Below, in pieces: positions 21,376 to 35,175 of a stretch of DNA of 64,000 nucleotides. The notes beneath the pieces are model-generated. The model saw only the letters and a list, made by a program, of their open reading frames with translations. It did not search any database and was not told the DNA's origin. The translations under genes and the position numbers were made by a program. The stretch lies in NCBI GenBank assembly GCA_951406725.2, contig OX597833.1:3658001-3722000 (forward strand), written 5' to 3'. Positions within the stretch are counted from its first letter, which is position 1, and every line of letters starts with the position of its first letter. Source of the DNA: Octopus vulgaris (taxonomy: Eukaryota).

Positions 21376-23454
21376 GGCATCAACATTTTTATGTCTTTTT
21401 CCCTGCTGGCATGTGTTGGTTGGGTATTTGTGAGGCAGCAGTATACGGCCTGATGCTCTTCCTGTCACCAACCTTTGTGGTTTCAAGTGAGGTTTTTTTT
21501 AAAAATTTAGTTGCTCTTCACATGAAAATGACAAAGCTGTGGGATGTAAAGTTTAGCAGAGATGTAAATAAATGGACCCTTGTTCTGATCGTTTTGATGT
21601 AAAGAAACATAGAAACTAAACACTGGTTGACAGATAGAAAAATAGATAGAGCGTGAGACAGATATATCCTGTGTGGCTAGGCACAGGCGTGGCTGTGTGG
21701 TAAGAAGCTTGCTTCCCAACCACATGGTTGCAGAGTTCAGTCCCACTGCGTGGCACCTTGGGCAAGTGTCTTCTACTATAGCCTCGGGCCGATCAAAGTC
21801 TTGTGAGTGGATTTGGTAGATGGAAACTGAAAAAAGCCCGTTGTATATATATTATGTTTTATGTTTGTTTATGTTTTCCAGTTTCAGCCCTTGAGCTGTG
21901 GCCATGCTGGGGCATCGCCATATCTGTATGTATATACACACACACATATATGTTTATATTTGTGTGTGTGTGTTTGTGTTTTTCTCCCTCACCATCGCTT
22001 GACAATTGATGTTGGTGTATTTTTGTCTCCGTAGCATAGTAGTTCAGCAAAAGAGACCGATAGAATAAGTACTAGGCTTACAAAGAATAAGTCCTGGAGT
22101 CAATTTGTTTGACTAGAGGTGGTGTTCCAGCATGGCCACAGTCAAATGACAAACAAGTAAAAGAATATAGAGAGATGGATAGATAAAGTGAGATAAACAG
22201 AGACAGAGGAATGTAGATTGAGAGATGAGGGAAAGGTAGAGGAAGAGACATCTAGAGAGAGAGGAACAAACGTAATTAGCAAGAGAGAGGTGAGACGAAT
22301 AGACACAACATTAATTTTTCCTTCTTGGAACAGAGGATCTTGAAGCACATGCAAAAAACTATATATTATACAGTTAGAAAACCCTTTTGGATAAAGCTTC
22401 CAACTTGTTTTTGTCCAGTGAGATTATTTCAATCAAGTCTGTATGAGTTATTCTTTATAGCTCTATGTGCTTCAAGATTCTCTGTTCCCTGTAAAAGAAT
22501 TATTTCTTGCTTCAAAACCACATTTGTATTGGACCCATCTTTGGATTCTAACAAACTTGCCACAATTCCTCTGCCTTTGTCTGACAAAACAATTAGTCAA
22601 AAAAACAAATCAAGATAATTATTTAAAAAAAACTAAAAAAAAGGGGGAGGACCCCTGATTTTGTTGACTTTTGGTGTAAAATGAAAAGTTGAAAATTTTC
22701 CAAGATCAAGGTGTGGCTCTGTGGTAAGAAGTTTGCTTCCCAACCACATGATTCCGGGTTCAGTCTCACTGTGTGGCACTTTGGGAAAATGTCTTCTACT
22801 GTAGCCCTAGGCAGCCAACCAAAGTATTGTGAGTGAATTCGGCAGACGGAAACTAAAAGAAGCCCGTTGTGTATATATGTATGTGTGCCTGTTTGCGTAT
22901 CGTGAGACAGCAACTTATAATTGTCTGTGGGGAAAGTAGGGATCCTTTAGATGTAATCCTGCCATCTCTAAAGTTTTCTGGAATTTGTTGATGGACTTGG
23001 CAAAATATAGTGACTGAGAACCACAGACTTTTAAAATAAATCAGGAAGAAGAAGGGAGTAGCAGGAGAGAGAGAAGGAACCTGTTAGTTTGTTAGTTTGC
23101 GAGATCATGAATCTGTGCTTAGAAAGTCTGGTTTTGGTCTTGTTGGCTGAACAACATCTGTTGTAGCTGTAGGAACCAGCATGTTAGTGTCTTGGCTGCA
23201 GTCACTGCAAAATGAAGTGGAATGGCAGCAGAATTGGAATTCTTGGGATAAACCCATCCTCACCAGCAACAACACAATTCGTCTTTTTTGGTTTCTCTTT
23301 CAGTTCAGATGAAGAATTAATTAGTTGGTTGTCAATCTTACGCCATTGCACAAACGTGGGGACACCCACGTTCTTTAGTTGAATAATTGAGGACCCTTTC
23401 TGTGACACGTTTCTTATGTGACACTCCAGATTGTCTTAGGACCTTTGGTCGTAA

Positions 23455-24750
23455 TTTTACTAAATGCAGGGTTCAAGTTCTTGGCCAAAGAATTAGCTAA
23501 GAGGTTGCCGCTTGTCGTCGATACTCTGGTAGGTGAGGTACAGACATGCAACATCCAAACAGATCTATCCACAACAACCTTCATCTCACACGATATATCG
23601 CAGAAAATTTGGAAAGGAACCTGACATGGATGGGGCCTGATCAATGTACATCAATCAAAAACGTTTGATAAAGTCAGTAATCAATTCTTGGCGGCTGTCC
23701 TCAGTGCAACTGGTTTTGGTCCCATTTTCAAAGACTGGATGCAACGTGCTTAGTGGTCAGAGTAAATGGTCACTTATTGGAACTCTTCAGCACAATGTGT
23801 TCGGCCCGTCAAGGGTGCCCCTCTCTACCCTTCGTTTAGCATCAACTTTCCATTATGCCACGGGTTGGATGGTTTGACATGGAACTGGCTAGCAGGAAGC
23901 TGTCCAAACTTCAGGTGCCTGTTGTGTGTTTCTATGGCTAGATGCCCTTCTTAATGCCAACAACTTGGCAGAGTGTGCTGGGTGGCTTTTACATGCAGAA
24001 TGTTGAAGTTTTGTGGAGCATCTCGTGAACTAAGGTGCACAAGATCCATGTATGCATATCTAGATGATGTCTCCGTAATGGTGTTGGACACCAAACACAT
24101 TGGGGTGATTGGAACTATTTTAAGGGCGTACGAAGCAGTGGCAGTAGCTAAAATGAACCAGGAAAAGCCAGTGGGTTTGCAGCTTGGCACCTGAAGAGGC
24201 AGTCCCATGCTGCTCCACAGCGATATGGGGTATTCGCTGGATGGACGGATCGGTTAAATTGCACGGAGTTTGGTTTGGTATGGACAAGAACTGGGCTGAA
24301 GTGAACAGTATTATCCAGAAATGGGCCAAAAGAAAACCATCATTGGAAGGTTGAGCGGAGGTGGTGAACGTCCGTATCGCATCCATCATCTATTGCTGCC
24401 TGACCGTCATGCCTTTCCCTGCTTCGTGGTCGATCAGACTGGAGCACTTGTTCTGCTTTCTGTGACAGGGACCTCTTCTGCTGGTCAGATAGTTCGTTCA
24501 TTTGCTGTCAGCATCTGCTGCGTGGAGGATTCGGCAAGTTGTGACTCATGATGCACTGACACGCTCTGAGGTTCGGTCTCCAGTGTTACCTTGACGGTGA
24601 GCAGGTGTAGTCGCTGTTTGTTGAACCCACTCCCCCACTGCTTGCCTCTAGCAGAGTCCTAGACCTGGACCAAGTGTTGACCAATGCACGTCACCTGGTA
24701 ATCTCGAATACAGTCAGGCGCTCACAGATCGCTGCCAGTCAGACAATGCG
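23455..24750 (+). mobile_element. Degenerate L1/Tx1-like LINE reverse transcriptase fragment interrupted by a repeat at about 23832-23995
   Basis: Frameshifted motifs LLNAGFKFLAKELAKRLPLVVDTLVGEVQTC, QSKTFDKV...GFGPIFKDW, RQGCPLS and AYLDDVSV...AKMNQEKPVGLQLG. Confidence 0.8.
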
Positions 24751-24803
24751 GTCAGTGGAAGTTCTGCCATGGCATTCTACGCACACACACACACACAAGC
24801 AAG

Positions 24804-24856
<53 letters not shown>

Positions 24857-24927
24857 ACGCACACACATACACATACACTTGTTGTAAACTCCAACTCGTT
24901 CTACTATAAATAATATATTTTACTATA

Positions 24928-25905
24928 AGGCGTCCAGCTGGCAAAAGCGTTAGCACGCAGGGCAAAATGCTTAGCCGTATTTCGTCTGCCGTTATGTTCT
25001 GAGTTCAAATTCCGCCGAGGTAGACTTTGCCTTTCAACCTTTCGGGGGTCGATAAATTAAGTACCAGTTACGCACTGGGGTCGATATAATCGTCTTAATC
25101 CGTTTGTCTGTCCTTGTTTGTTCTCTCTCTGTTTAGCCCCTTGTGGGTAGTAAAGAAATAGAAATAGATATTTTGTCTGTCTTTACGTTCTGAGTTCAAA
25201 TTCCGCCGAGGTCAACTTTGCCTTTCATCCTTTCGGGGTCGATAAATTAAGTACCAGTTACGCACTGGGGTCGATGTACTCGACTTAATCCCTTTGTCTG
25301 TCCTTGTTTGTCCTCTCTGTGTTTAACCCCTTGTGGGTAGTAAAGAAATAGAAATAGATATTTCGTCTGTCTTTACGTTTGAGTTCAAATTCTGCCAAAG
25401 TCAACTTTACCTTTCATCCTTTCGGTGGTCGATAAATTAAGTACCAGTTACGCACTGGGGTCGATGTACTCGACTTAATCCCTTTGTCTGTCCTTGTTTG
25501 TCCTCTCTGTGTTTAACCCCTTGTGGGTAGTAAAGAAATAGAAATAGATATTTCGTCTGTCTTTACGTTTTGAGTTCAAATTCTGCCAAAGTCAACTTTA
25601 CCTTTCATCCTTTCGGTGGTCGATAAATTAAGTACCAGTTACGCACTGGGGTCGATGTAATCGACTTAATCCGTTTGTCTGTTCTTGTTTGTCCTCTCTC
25701 TGTTTAGCCCCTTGTGGGTAGTAAAGAAATAGAAATAGATATTTCGTCTGTCTTTACGTTCTGAGTTCAAATTCCGCCGAGGTCAACTTTGCCTTTCATC
25801 CTTTCGGGGATCGATAAATTAAGTACCAGTTGCGTACTGCGGTCGATCTAATCGACTGGCACCGCCTCCCTCCAAATTTCGGACCTTGTGCCTAGAGAAG
25901 AAACA
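24928..25905 (+). mobile_element. tRNA-derived SINE family B multimer (~190-bp unit repeated about 5 times); other family B copies at about 12975-14335, 16500-16713, 27890-28460, 35805-36133, 44330-44712, 51850-52495, 53250-53500, 63620-64000
   Basis: Head ggcgagctggcagaaacgttagc...gagttcaaattcc and core gccgaggtcgactttgcctttcatcctttcggggtcgataaattaagtaccag. Units restart near 24980, 25170, 25360, 25550 and 25741. Confidence 0.85.
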
Positions 25906-26798
25906 ATTATACATTATTGTTATACTCGGCTGCCCAGGTTTTTCCAGAAGACTTCTTCACAATCGTAATTTAACAATCGCAGACAACAACATCAGGATTG
26001 CTTTAACTTAGAAGCATTCTACACCGCTGCCATTTTTTCAGTTCCATCATTTTAAATGTATTTTAATCAAATTGGCACCGTTTCGTTGTTTTGTTATTCT
26101 TCTCTGTTTGGTTCTCAGGAAGTTCTGACATTCATATTGGATCTCATGGGTAAATATAGCTTAAAGAGAATATTTCGTTGCTGTTATGGAGGCGGGAGAA
26201 TATTTCGTTGCTGTTATGGAGGCGGGACAGGGCAGGGCGCGGCGGTTTTGGGGAGTGAAGGATTTCACTTGTGAGTTTGCAGTGTCTGCAATTCACGGCT
26301 GTAATGTGTGTGTGCGTGTGTGTGTGTGTGCGTGTGTTCTTGTGTGTGACGAGTATATGTGCAGATGTATGTGTGCGTGTGCGTGTACACACACACATAC
26401 ACATAGTACACACACATAAATCCGTGTGTGTATATACATATGTATGTGTGTAATGTATACACAAATACATATGTATATATATATATACATATATATGTGT
26501 GTGTGTGTATATATATATATGTATATATATGTACATATATATACATATACATATGCATACTCACATACACACACAAATACACACACACATATATACACGT
26601 GTGTGTGCTTATGTATATATATATGTGTGCGTATATATGTGTGTTTATATATATATATATATATGTATACATACATCTTTACATATGTGTGTCTCTCTAT
26701 ATATACATACATACATATATATACATATGCACATATATATGCATATATATATACATATATATATAAATATATATATATACACACACATATACATATGT

Positions 26799-26830
<32 letters not shown>

Positions 26831-27262
26831 GTGTGTGTGTGTGCATCTGCCCTATTATTTCCATTAAAGTACACATACTTGTTGCTGTCTTTCTTTCACT
26901 CCCTCCTTATCTATTTCGTTTCATTTCATTTCGTTTCGTTTCGTTTTATTATTTTATTTACTTATTTATTTATTGTTTTCACAAGTTGTCATCTGGAAAC
27001 CTTTCGAGTGAAAACAGGGGAAAAGTGGGACATTAGGGGGGAGGAAAAAAAAAGGGGTCAATTGGTAAGTAGGGTGTTATGTGAAGAGCGGAGAGGTGTG
27101 CTGTAATGGCATGGTGGTGGTGGTGGTGGTGGCGGTTCAGTGTTTTTGCTGGGGTTGTACAGCAAAATATGTGAGAATCATGTTATGAGATTTGAAAAAA
27201 ATATAGGGGCCTCCGAGGGAGAGGAGATGTGAACGTTGCAGTGATGGTGTCCAGGATGAAAA

Positions 27263-27265
27263 CAA

Positions 27266-27296
<31 letters not shown>

Positions 27297-27559
27297 GATG
27301 GTGGTGGTGGTGGTGATGATGATGGTGATGGTGTTGACGATGATGACGACGATGATGTTGGTAGTCGTGATAGAGTCAATCTTCCTCTTCCTCCTCCTTC
27401 TCCTCCTCAGCATCATCCTCCTCATCGTCGTCCGTGTCATCATCTTCATCACTTTCGTCGTTATCTTTATCGTCTTTATCATCGTCATCATCATCATCAT
27501 CATCATCATCTTCATCATTTTCGTCATCATCAGCATCATCATCGTCATCCTCCTCCTCC

Positions 27560-27591
<32 letters not shown>

Positions 27592-27790
27592 ATCATCACC
27601 ATCATCATCATCATCTTCATCATTTTCGTCATCATCAGCATCATCATCGTCATCCTCCTCCTCCTCCTCATCATCACCATCATCATCATCATCTTCATCA
27701 TTTTCGTCATCATCATCATCATCATCTTCATCATCATCACCGCCACCACTGCCATCATCATCTTCATCATCATCATCATCATCAGCAGCA
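27263..27790. repeat. (GAT)n-like tract followed by (CAT/CCT)n-like tract
   Basis: Trinucleotide low-complexity sequence with a strand switch near 27370. Confidence 0.9.
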
Positions 27791-28472
27791 GGAGGTAAAC
27801 CCGTCCGCCAGCTGCAAGGTAGGCAGAAACCATTTACAGAAGCGAAAACCTTTTCAACGAACTTCCTTCGCAAATTATAATAATAAGAATTCTTTCGAAT
27901 TTTGGCAGAAGGCCAGTAATTTTGAGGGGAAGGGGAAATCGATTACATCGACGCCACCAGTACACAACTGGTACTTATTTTGTCGATCCCGAAAGGATGA
28001 AAGGCAAAGTCAACCTCGTCAGAATTTGAACTCAGAACGTAGCGGCAGACAAAATACCTATTTCTATTTCTTTACTACCCACAAGGGGGCTAAACATAGA
28101 GGGGACGAACAAGGACAGACAAACGGATTAAGTCGATTACATCGACCCAAGTGCGTAACTGGTACTTAATTTATCGACCCCGAAAGGATGAAAGGCAAAG
28201 TCGACCTCGGCGGAATTTGAACTCAGAACGTAACGGCAGACGAAATACCTATTTCTTTACTACCCACAAGGGGCTAAACACAGAGAGGACAAACAAACGG
28301 ATTAAGTCTATTACATCGACCCCAATTCGTAACTGGTACTTATTCAATCGACCCCGAAAGGATGAAAGGCAAAGTCGACCTCGGCGGAATTTGAACTCAG
28401 AACGTAACGGCAGACAAAATACCGGTAAGCATTTCGCCCGGCGTGCTACCGTTTCTGCAAGCTCGGGTCTCA

Positions 28473-28546
<74 letters not shown>

Positions 28547-29009
28547 TTAGGCGAAATAATAATGTTTGCTTATGATATATAAATGTGAGCGGACTGCAAC
28601 ACCTCTGCGAAAACGTTTTAGAAGATAAATAAATAGAACTTTGAAATGGCGGTTTCAAAACTGTGGCATCTAAGAACGATAACTGCATATATGATTATGG
28701 GTGCTTTGAGGGAATGATATCAGGTGGCGTTTTTGAAATACTAGGATCAAATACCAGGAAACCAAAAAGTGTCAGAACTGGAAAAAATCTTTTTTGTTCC
28801 CATGGGTACAGTCCACATCCTAAGAAAAATACTGTCAACTTGAGAATATCTGAATCTTTAAAAATCTTTCAAAATTGCAGATATTAGAAAAAAACTTTAA
28901 ATGGAATCTTGATTCTTAAGATTTGGTCTCTTTTCCCTTGAAATATAGCATTGCTAATCATAAATAACACCCACAGTAAAATGGACTAATTTACTGTTAC
29001 TTGTAGTTC

Positions 29010-29320
29010 CTTAGTGGTTAGGGCATTCGGCTCACGATTGTAAAGTCGTGAGTTCGATTCCCGGTGACGCGTTGTGTCCTTGAGCAAGACACTTTATTTC
29101 ACGTTGCTCTAGTCCACTCAGCTGGCAAAAATGACTTGTACCTGTAATTCAAAGGGCCGGCCTTGTCACGTTCTGTGTCATGCTGAATCTCCCTGAGAAC
29201 TTCGTTAAGGCTACACGTGTCTGTGGAGTACTCAGCCACTTGCATGTTAATTTCACGAGCAGGCTGTTCCATTGATCGTATCAGCTGGGACCCTCGTCGT
29301 CGTAATCGACGGAGTGCTCC
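29010..29320 (+). mobile_element. tRNA-derived SINE family D
   Basis: tagtggttagggc...gagttcgattccc head, gtgtccttgagcaagacacttt core; 3' half shared with 29445-29628. Confidence 0.75.
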
Positions 29321-29444
29321 TATATTAGGGTGAGACTTGGAGCTGCTCGTTTAAACAAAACCGCCAAATAACAAAAATATAATAATAAAAAAGCATTTTC
29401 TTTATTGAACACAAGGGTAAAAAAGAAGAGCATTCAGGACAATG

Positions 29445-29825
29445 GAAGCACTCCGTCGGTTACGACGATGAGGGTTCCGGTTGATCCGAATCAATGGAAC
29501 AGCCTGCTCGTGAAATTAACGTGTAAGTGGCTGAGCACTCCACAGACACGTGCACCCTTAACGTAGTTCTCGGGGATATTCAGCGTGACACAGAGAGTGA
29601 CAAGGCCAGCCCCTTGAAATACAGGTACAACAGAAACAGGAAGTAAGAGTGAGAGAAAGTTGTGGTGAAAGAGTACAGCAGGGATCACCACCACCCCTGC
29701 CGGAGCCTCGTGGAGCTTTAGGGTGTTTTCGCTCAATAAACACTCACAACGCCCGGTCTGGGAATCGAAACCGCGATCGTATGACTGCGAGTCCGCTGCC
29801 CTAACCACTGGGCCATTGCGCCTCC
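29445..29825 (-). mobile_element. tRNA-derived SINE family C
   Basis: Head ggaggcgcaatggcccagtggttagggcagcggactcgc...ggtttcgattccc; 5' body also present at 46145-46285. Confidence 0.8.
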
Positions 29826-30847
29826 ATTCATGACAATACAAACACAAGGACAGAGGAGATTTATACACACACGTGGACAATAAAATAATAACAAGGAAAT
29901 TGATACAAACAAAATTCTCCAAGAAGGACTTGTATTATCTAGGGGCAACCTAAGAACTCAGTGGAACTTGGATCATCTTGACCGCAAAAGGTACCACAGG
30001 GAGGCGCCACTTTCCTATGTGATAGGAACATGCCCACTCACTTGGGCTAATCTTGCCACATTCACTCACCTTTCGACAAATTTACTGAGGAGTAGTACCT
30101 CTCTCTCAACTCTCATTTTCTTTTTTAAGGGGAACTTTAAAAAGCCGATGAGTATTTGGCCGAAACAGAAAGGACAGTCCTTCTTCAGTCCTTTCAGTCT
30201 TGTCCACCACTCAACCCCTCTCGCACTAATTGCCAGGGAGAGGACTTTTTAGTTGCTATTAGTTTATTCTTAAAAAAAACCCACTTGTGGTTCATTATGC
30301 TTTGAGAAGAGCAAATGTACCTCTGCGAAACCAGTGCCTGAATAGAAACTGAGATTCTATATAATCGTTGACGGGAGCTTCGGGTGTTATCGGGTTGCGG
30401 GACATCTGTCACCGAGGAACCCACAGCAGGGTGAAATTACTTGAGTTGGCAGTTACGGTGGTCATAGCGGACGATCCTCGCCTGTCAGTGATATAATTGC
30501 ATGTGATTTTATGCACCACGAGTCCTTATAAGAAATTCTTTATGAGAGACCCTCTTGAGGTAAAAAAACGCAGTATCCCGTGTTCTAACACAACCTCCAC
30601 GATAAGTTGGATATACAGATTGCTTTTCGGCCTTAATACAGTAAATACGTTATAAGCTATTTGATATACACATACATATAGGCGCAGGCGCGGCTGTGTG
30701 GTAAGTCGCTTGCTTACCAACCACATGGTTCTAGGTTCAGTCCCACTGTGTGGTACCTTGGGCAAGTGTCTTCTACAAGAGCCTCGGGCCGACCAAAGCC
30801 TTGTGTGTGGATTTGGTAGACAGAAACTGAATGAAGCCCATCGTATA

Positions 30848-30903
<56 letters not shown>

Positions 30904-32319
30904 TGCTGGTGTGTCTGTGTTTGTCCCCTCACCATTGCTTGATAACCGATGTCTGTGTGTTTACGTCCTCGTAACTTAGCGATTCGGCAAAAGAGACCGA
31001 GAGAACAAGTACTAGGCTTACAAAGAATAAGTCCTGGGGTCGATTTGCTCGACTAAAGGCGCTGCTCCAGAGTGGCCGCAATCAAATGACTGAAACAAAT
31101 AAAAAAGTAAAAGATACACACACAAACACACACACACACGTGCGTGTATGTATGTGTGTGTGTATGTGTCTGTTATAAAAGTACGACTATGTTCAAGTTT
31201 GGTTTGTTTTATTAAGAATTTTACACATTTCTTTATTACTTCTGAATATTTCGTTTGGGACCAATCGTAAATCTATGAGTCTGACGTTTCGGGGCTTTCA
31301 CAATCGCATTTTCAAATGAAACTGTTGCAATGGCCTGTTGTCTGCGCGTTTTGCAGTAAGTCACAAAGGAACTTGGGAATAGTTTTGTAACTGATAAAAT
31401 CATCAACGACCGATTTAAATGAATTTGCAATTCATTAAAGTAGCGAGAATTAAATATTAAAAAACAACACTTGTTGACAGCAAAATAAATTTGAGTAGAA
31501 TCCTACCCACCATCCATCATTAAAAAAAACAAAAAAAAACAAGAAGAATATCTATGGAAGCCTTGAAGTAAAATAATACAAATCTAAAATTAAAGACATA
31601 GAATAGAAAAGCCCCACCCCATGGAAACTTCCCCCGATTCTTCTCTCATTTTCTTTTATGTTCTTTTATCCTTTTACCTGTTTGAGTCATTTGACTGCGG
31701 CCATGCTGGAGCACAGCCTTGAAGTGTGTGATTTTGTCGGACTATTTTTTTTAAAGCCTAGTACTTATTCTAACGGTCAGTTTGCCGAACCGCTAAGTTA
31801 CCGGGACCTAAACACATCATCAAGCGATGATGGGGTGGGGTGGGGTGGGGGACAAACACAGACACAAAAACAAACATGCATACACACGCACACACATATA
31901 CGATAGGCTTCTTTCTGTTTCCGTCGATTAAATCCACTCACAAGGCATTGGTCAGCCCGAAGCTATAGTAGAAGACACTTGTCCAAGGTGCCACGAAGTG
32001 GGACTGAACCTGGAACCATGTGGTTGGGGAAGCAAGCTTCTTACCACACAGCCACGATTCCTTAGTTCACAAGTGTCTGCTTTTCTCTTTGATTGCGTTT
32101 TGAATGATAATTTTTTTGTTTGTTTGTTTGATTCTACATGTGTTTTTTAATTATTTTTTAATTTACTTTTTCCTTTATTGATCATTTTTGTTTTTTTTTA
32201 ATTTCTTTCTTTGAAATATTTCTGAGTGTTTGTTCTTCGGAAAGTAATACAAGCAGTGCCATCAAAACGAGCGAAAAACAGAACAACAACAACAGCAGCA
32301 ATGACAACAGAAACGACTT

Positions 32320-33520
<1,201 letters not shown>

Positions 33521-33699
33521 CACACGAAAATAACTCCAGCAATTCAGTTTGGGCAAGTGTATTACTGTGCCAAATTTTAAAATTTTCGATAAACTTTAAT
33601 TTTTGAAATTCTAGCAGCCAAACCGATGAGATTCTAAAGATAAATATGATTTTCATAGAATACATACATTTCAAAGTGTGTAAACAGTTTTAAGGATAA

Positions 33700-35175
33700 T
33701 CTCAAGCCCTCTAAATGGACATCGAAAAGATTTCAAACGACTCCACCTCGAATGCACCTTGCTTGAGATTGAAAACGCACTCAAACATTCCCATGAAAAG
33801 AAAAGGGCAGAAAAGGAAGCCAGGGCGATCAAAACCATTAAAGCGGACCCTAAGGCCTTCTATAGATATGCGAAAGAATTTGCTTCAGTGCGTTACAAAA
33901 TAGGACCGCTACTAGATGAAAACGGATCACCAACTGCGGACCCCAGAAATGCGAAAGCATTTTACAAGGTTGACCATGGAATGATATGTCACAAAATACG
34001 GGGACCCGGCATTACTGGTAAAGTCGGAGAGTGGCTGCATGATTTCCTAAAGGGCAGGAGCCAAACTGTAGCAGCCACAGAGACACCAATAGTGAGTGGA
34101 GTTCTCCAGGGCACTGTGTTGGGGTCACTGCTTTTCATGGTAGCCCTATCGGATATGCCATCAGTGACAGAGGCAGCTATGCTTACCAGCTATGCCGACG
34201 ATACAAAAGTCGCACAGTCAGTCAAGGAAACCTCTGATGCTACGCTCTTGCAGAAAGATCTAGATGCCATCTATACATGGGCTGAGGATAACAACATGCA
34301 ATTTAATGCAAGTAAATTCCAGGTTCTCCGCTACTTGTTAAGCACTGCTCAGGAATCACGACATCAGTACGTTGGTCCAAGTGGAGCAATGATTCCAGAA
34401 TCAAATCCGGTGCGTGATCATGGAATAGAAATGAGCAACAATGCATCATTTCAGACACATATCAACAAAATGGTAGCAGTATCCAGAAGACTGGCCGGTT
34501 GGATTCTGAGAACCCTCCGGACAAGGGACCAAGAAACTATGATGACACTATGGAAGTCATTTATCCTCAGCCGACTGGACTACTGCTCTCAGCTATGGTC
34601 GCCTTATACTACAAGGACGATAGCAGAGCTTGAAGCAGTCCAACGACATTACTCAAAGAAAATTGCATCAATGGAACGACTGAGCTACTGGGACAGATTA
34701 AAAGAGTTACGACTCTACTCCCTGGAACGAAGGCGGGAAAGGTATGCAGTGATATATATATGGAAGATACTGGAAGGACTGGTACCAAACTTTGGAATAA
34801 AGAGCTATAGCAGACCCCGAACAGGACGTCACTGTGCTGTCCCCACCGTGCCGACTGCTTCATCCCGGGCAAGGACGATGTACTGCAATAGCTTGGGTTT
34901 CAAGGGCCCACAGCTGTTTAATTGTCTACCGAAGCATCTGAGGAACCTCCATGGAGTGGATGTAGACGTTTTCAAACGTGAACTTGACCTCTGGCTCACC
35001 GAAATCCCGGATGAGCCAATATCTAGGCAAGAAACTCGAAAAATGGCAGTAGCATCGAACTCCATCCTTCACCAAAATCCGCTCTGACAAAGGTGGAGAG
35101 TTGAAAGATGATTACAATGGCAGTGCTCCAGCATGGCCACAGTCATTGGACTGAAACATAAAAGAATAAAATAAT
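33700..35175 (+). mobile_element. Truncated, internally deleted CR1-group LINE (RT and C-terminus in ORF 33759-35087)
   Basis: Motifs KAFYKVDHG, SGVLQGTVLGSLLF, YADDTK, SRLDYCSQLWSP and LYSLERRRERY. The sequence jumps from GPLLDENGSPTADP straight to KAF, so the early RT domains are missing. Short 3' UTR ends aaagaataaaataa. Confidence 0.9.

Noticed and set aside
29750-29825. tRNA gene (also 18287-18355, 29010-29065, 63060-63120)
   Set aside because: tRNA-like heads run into SINE bodies or are decayed; no intact acceptor stem.
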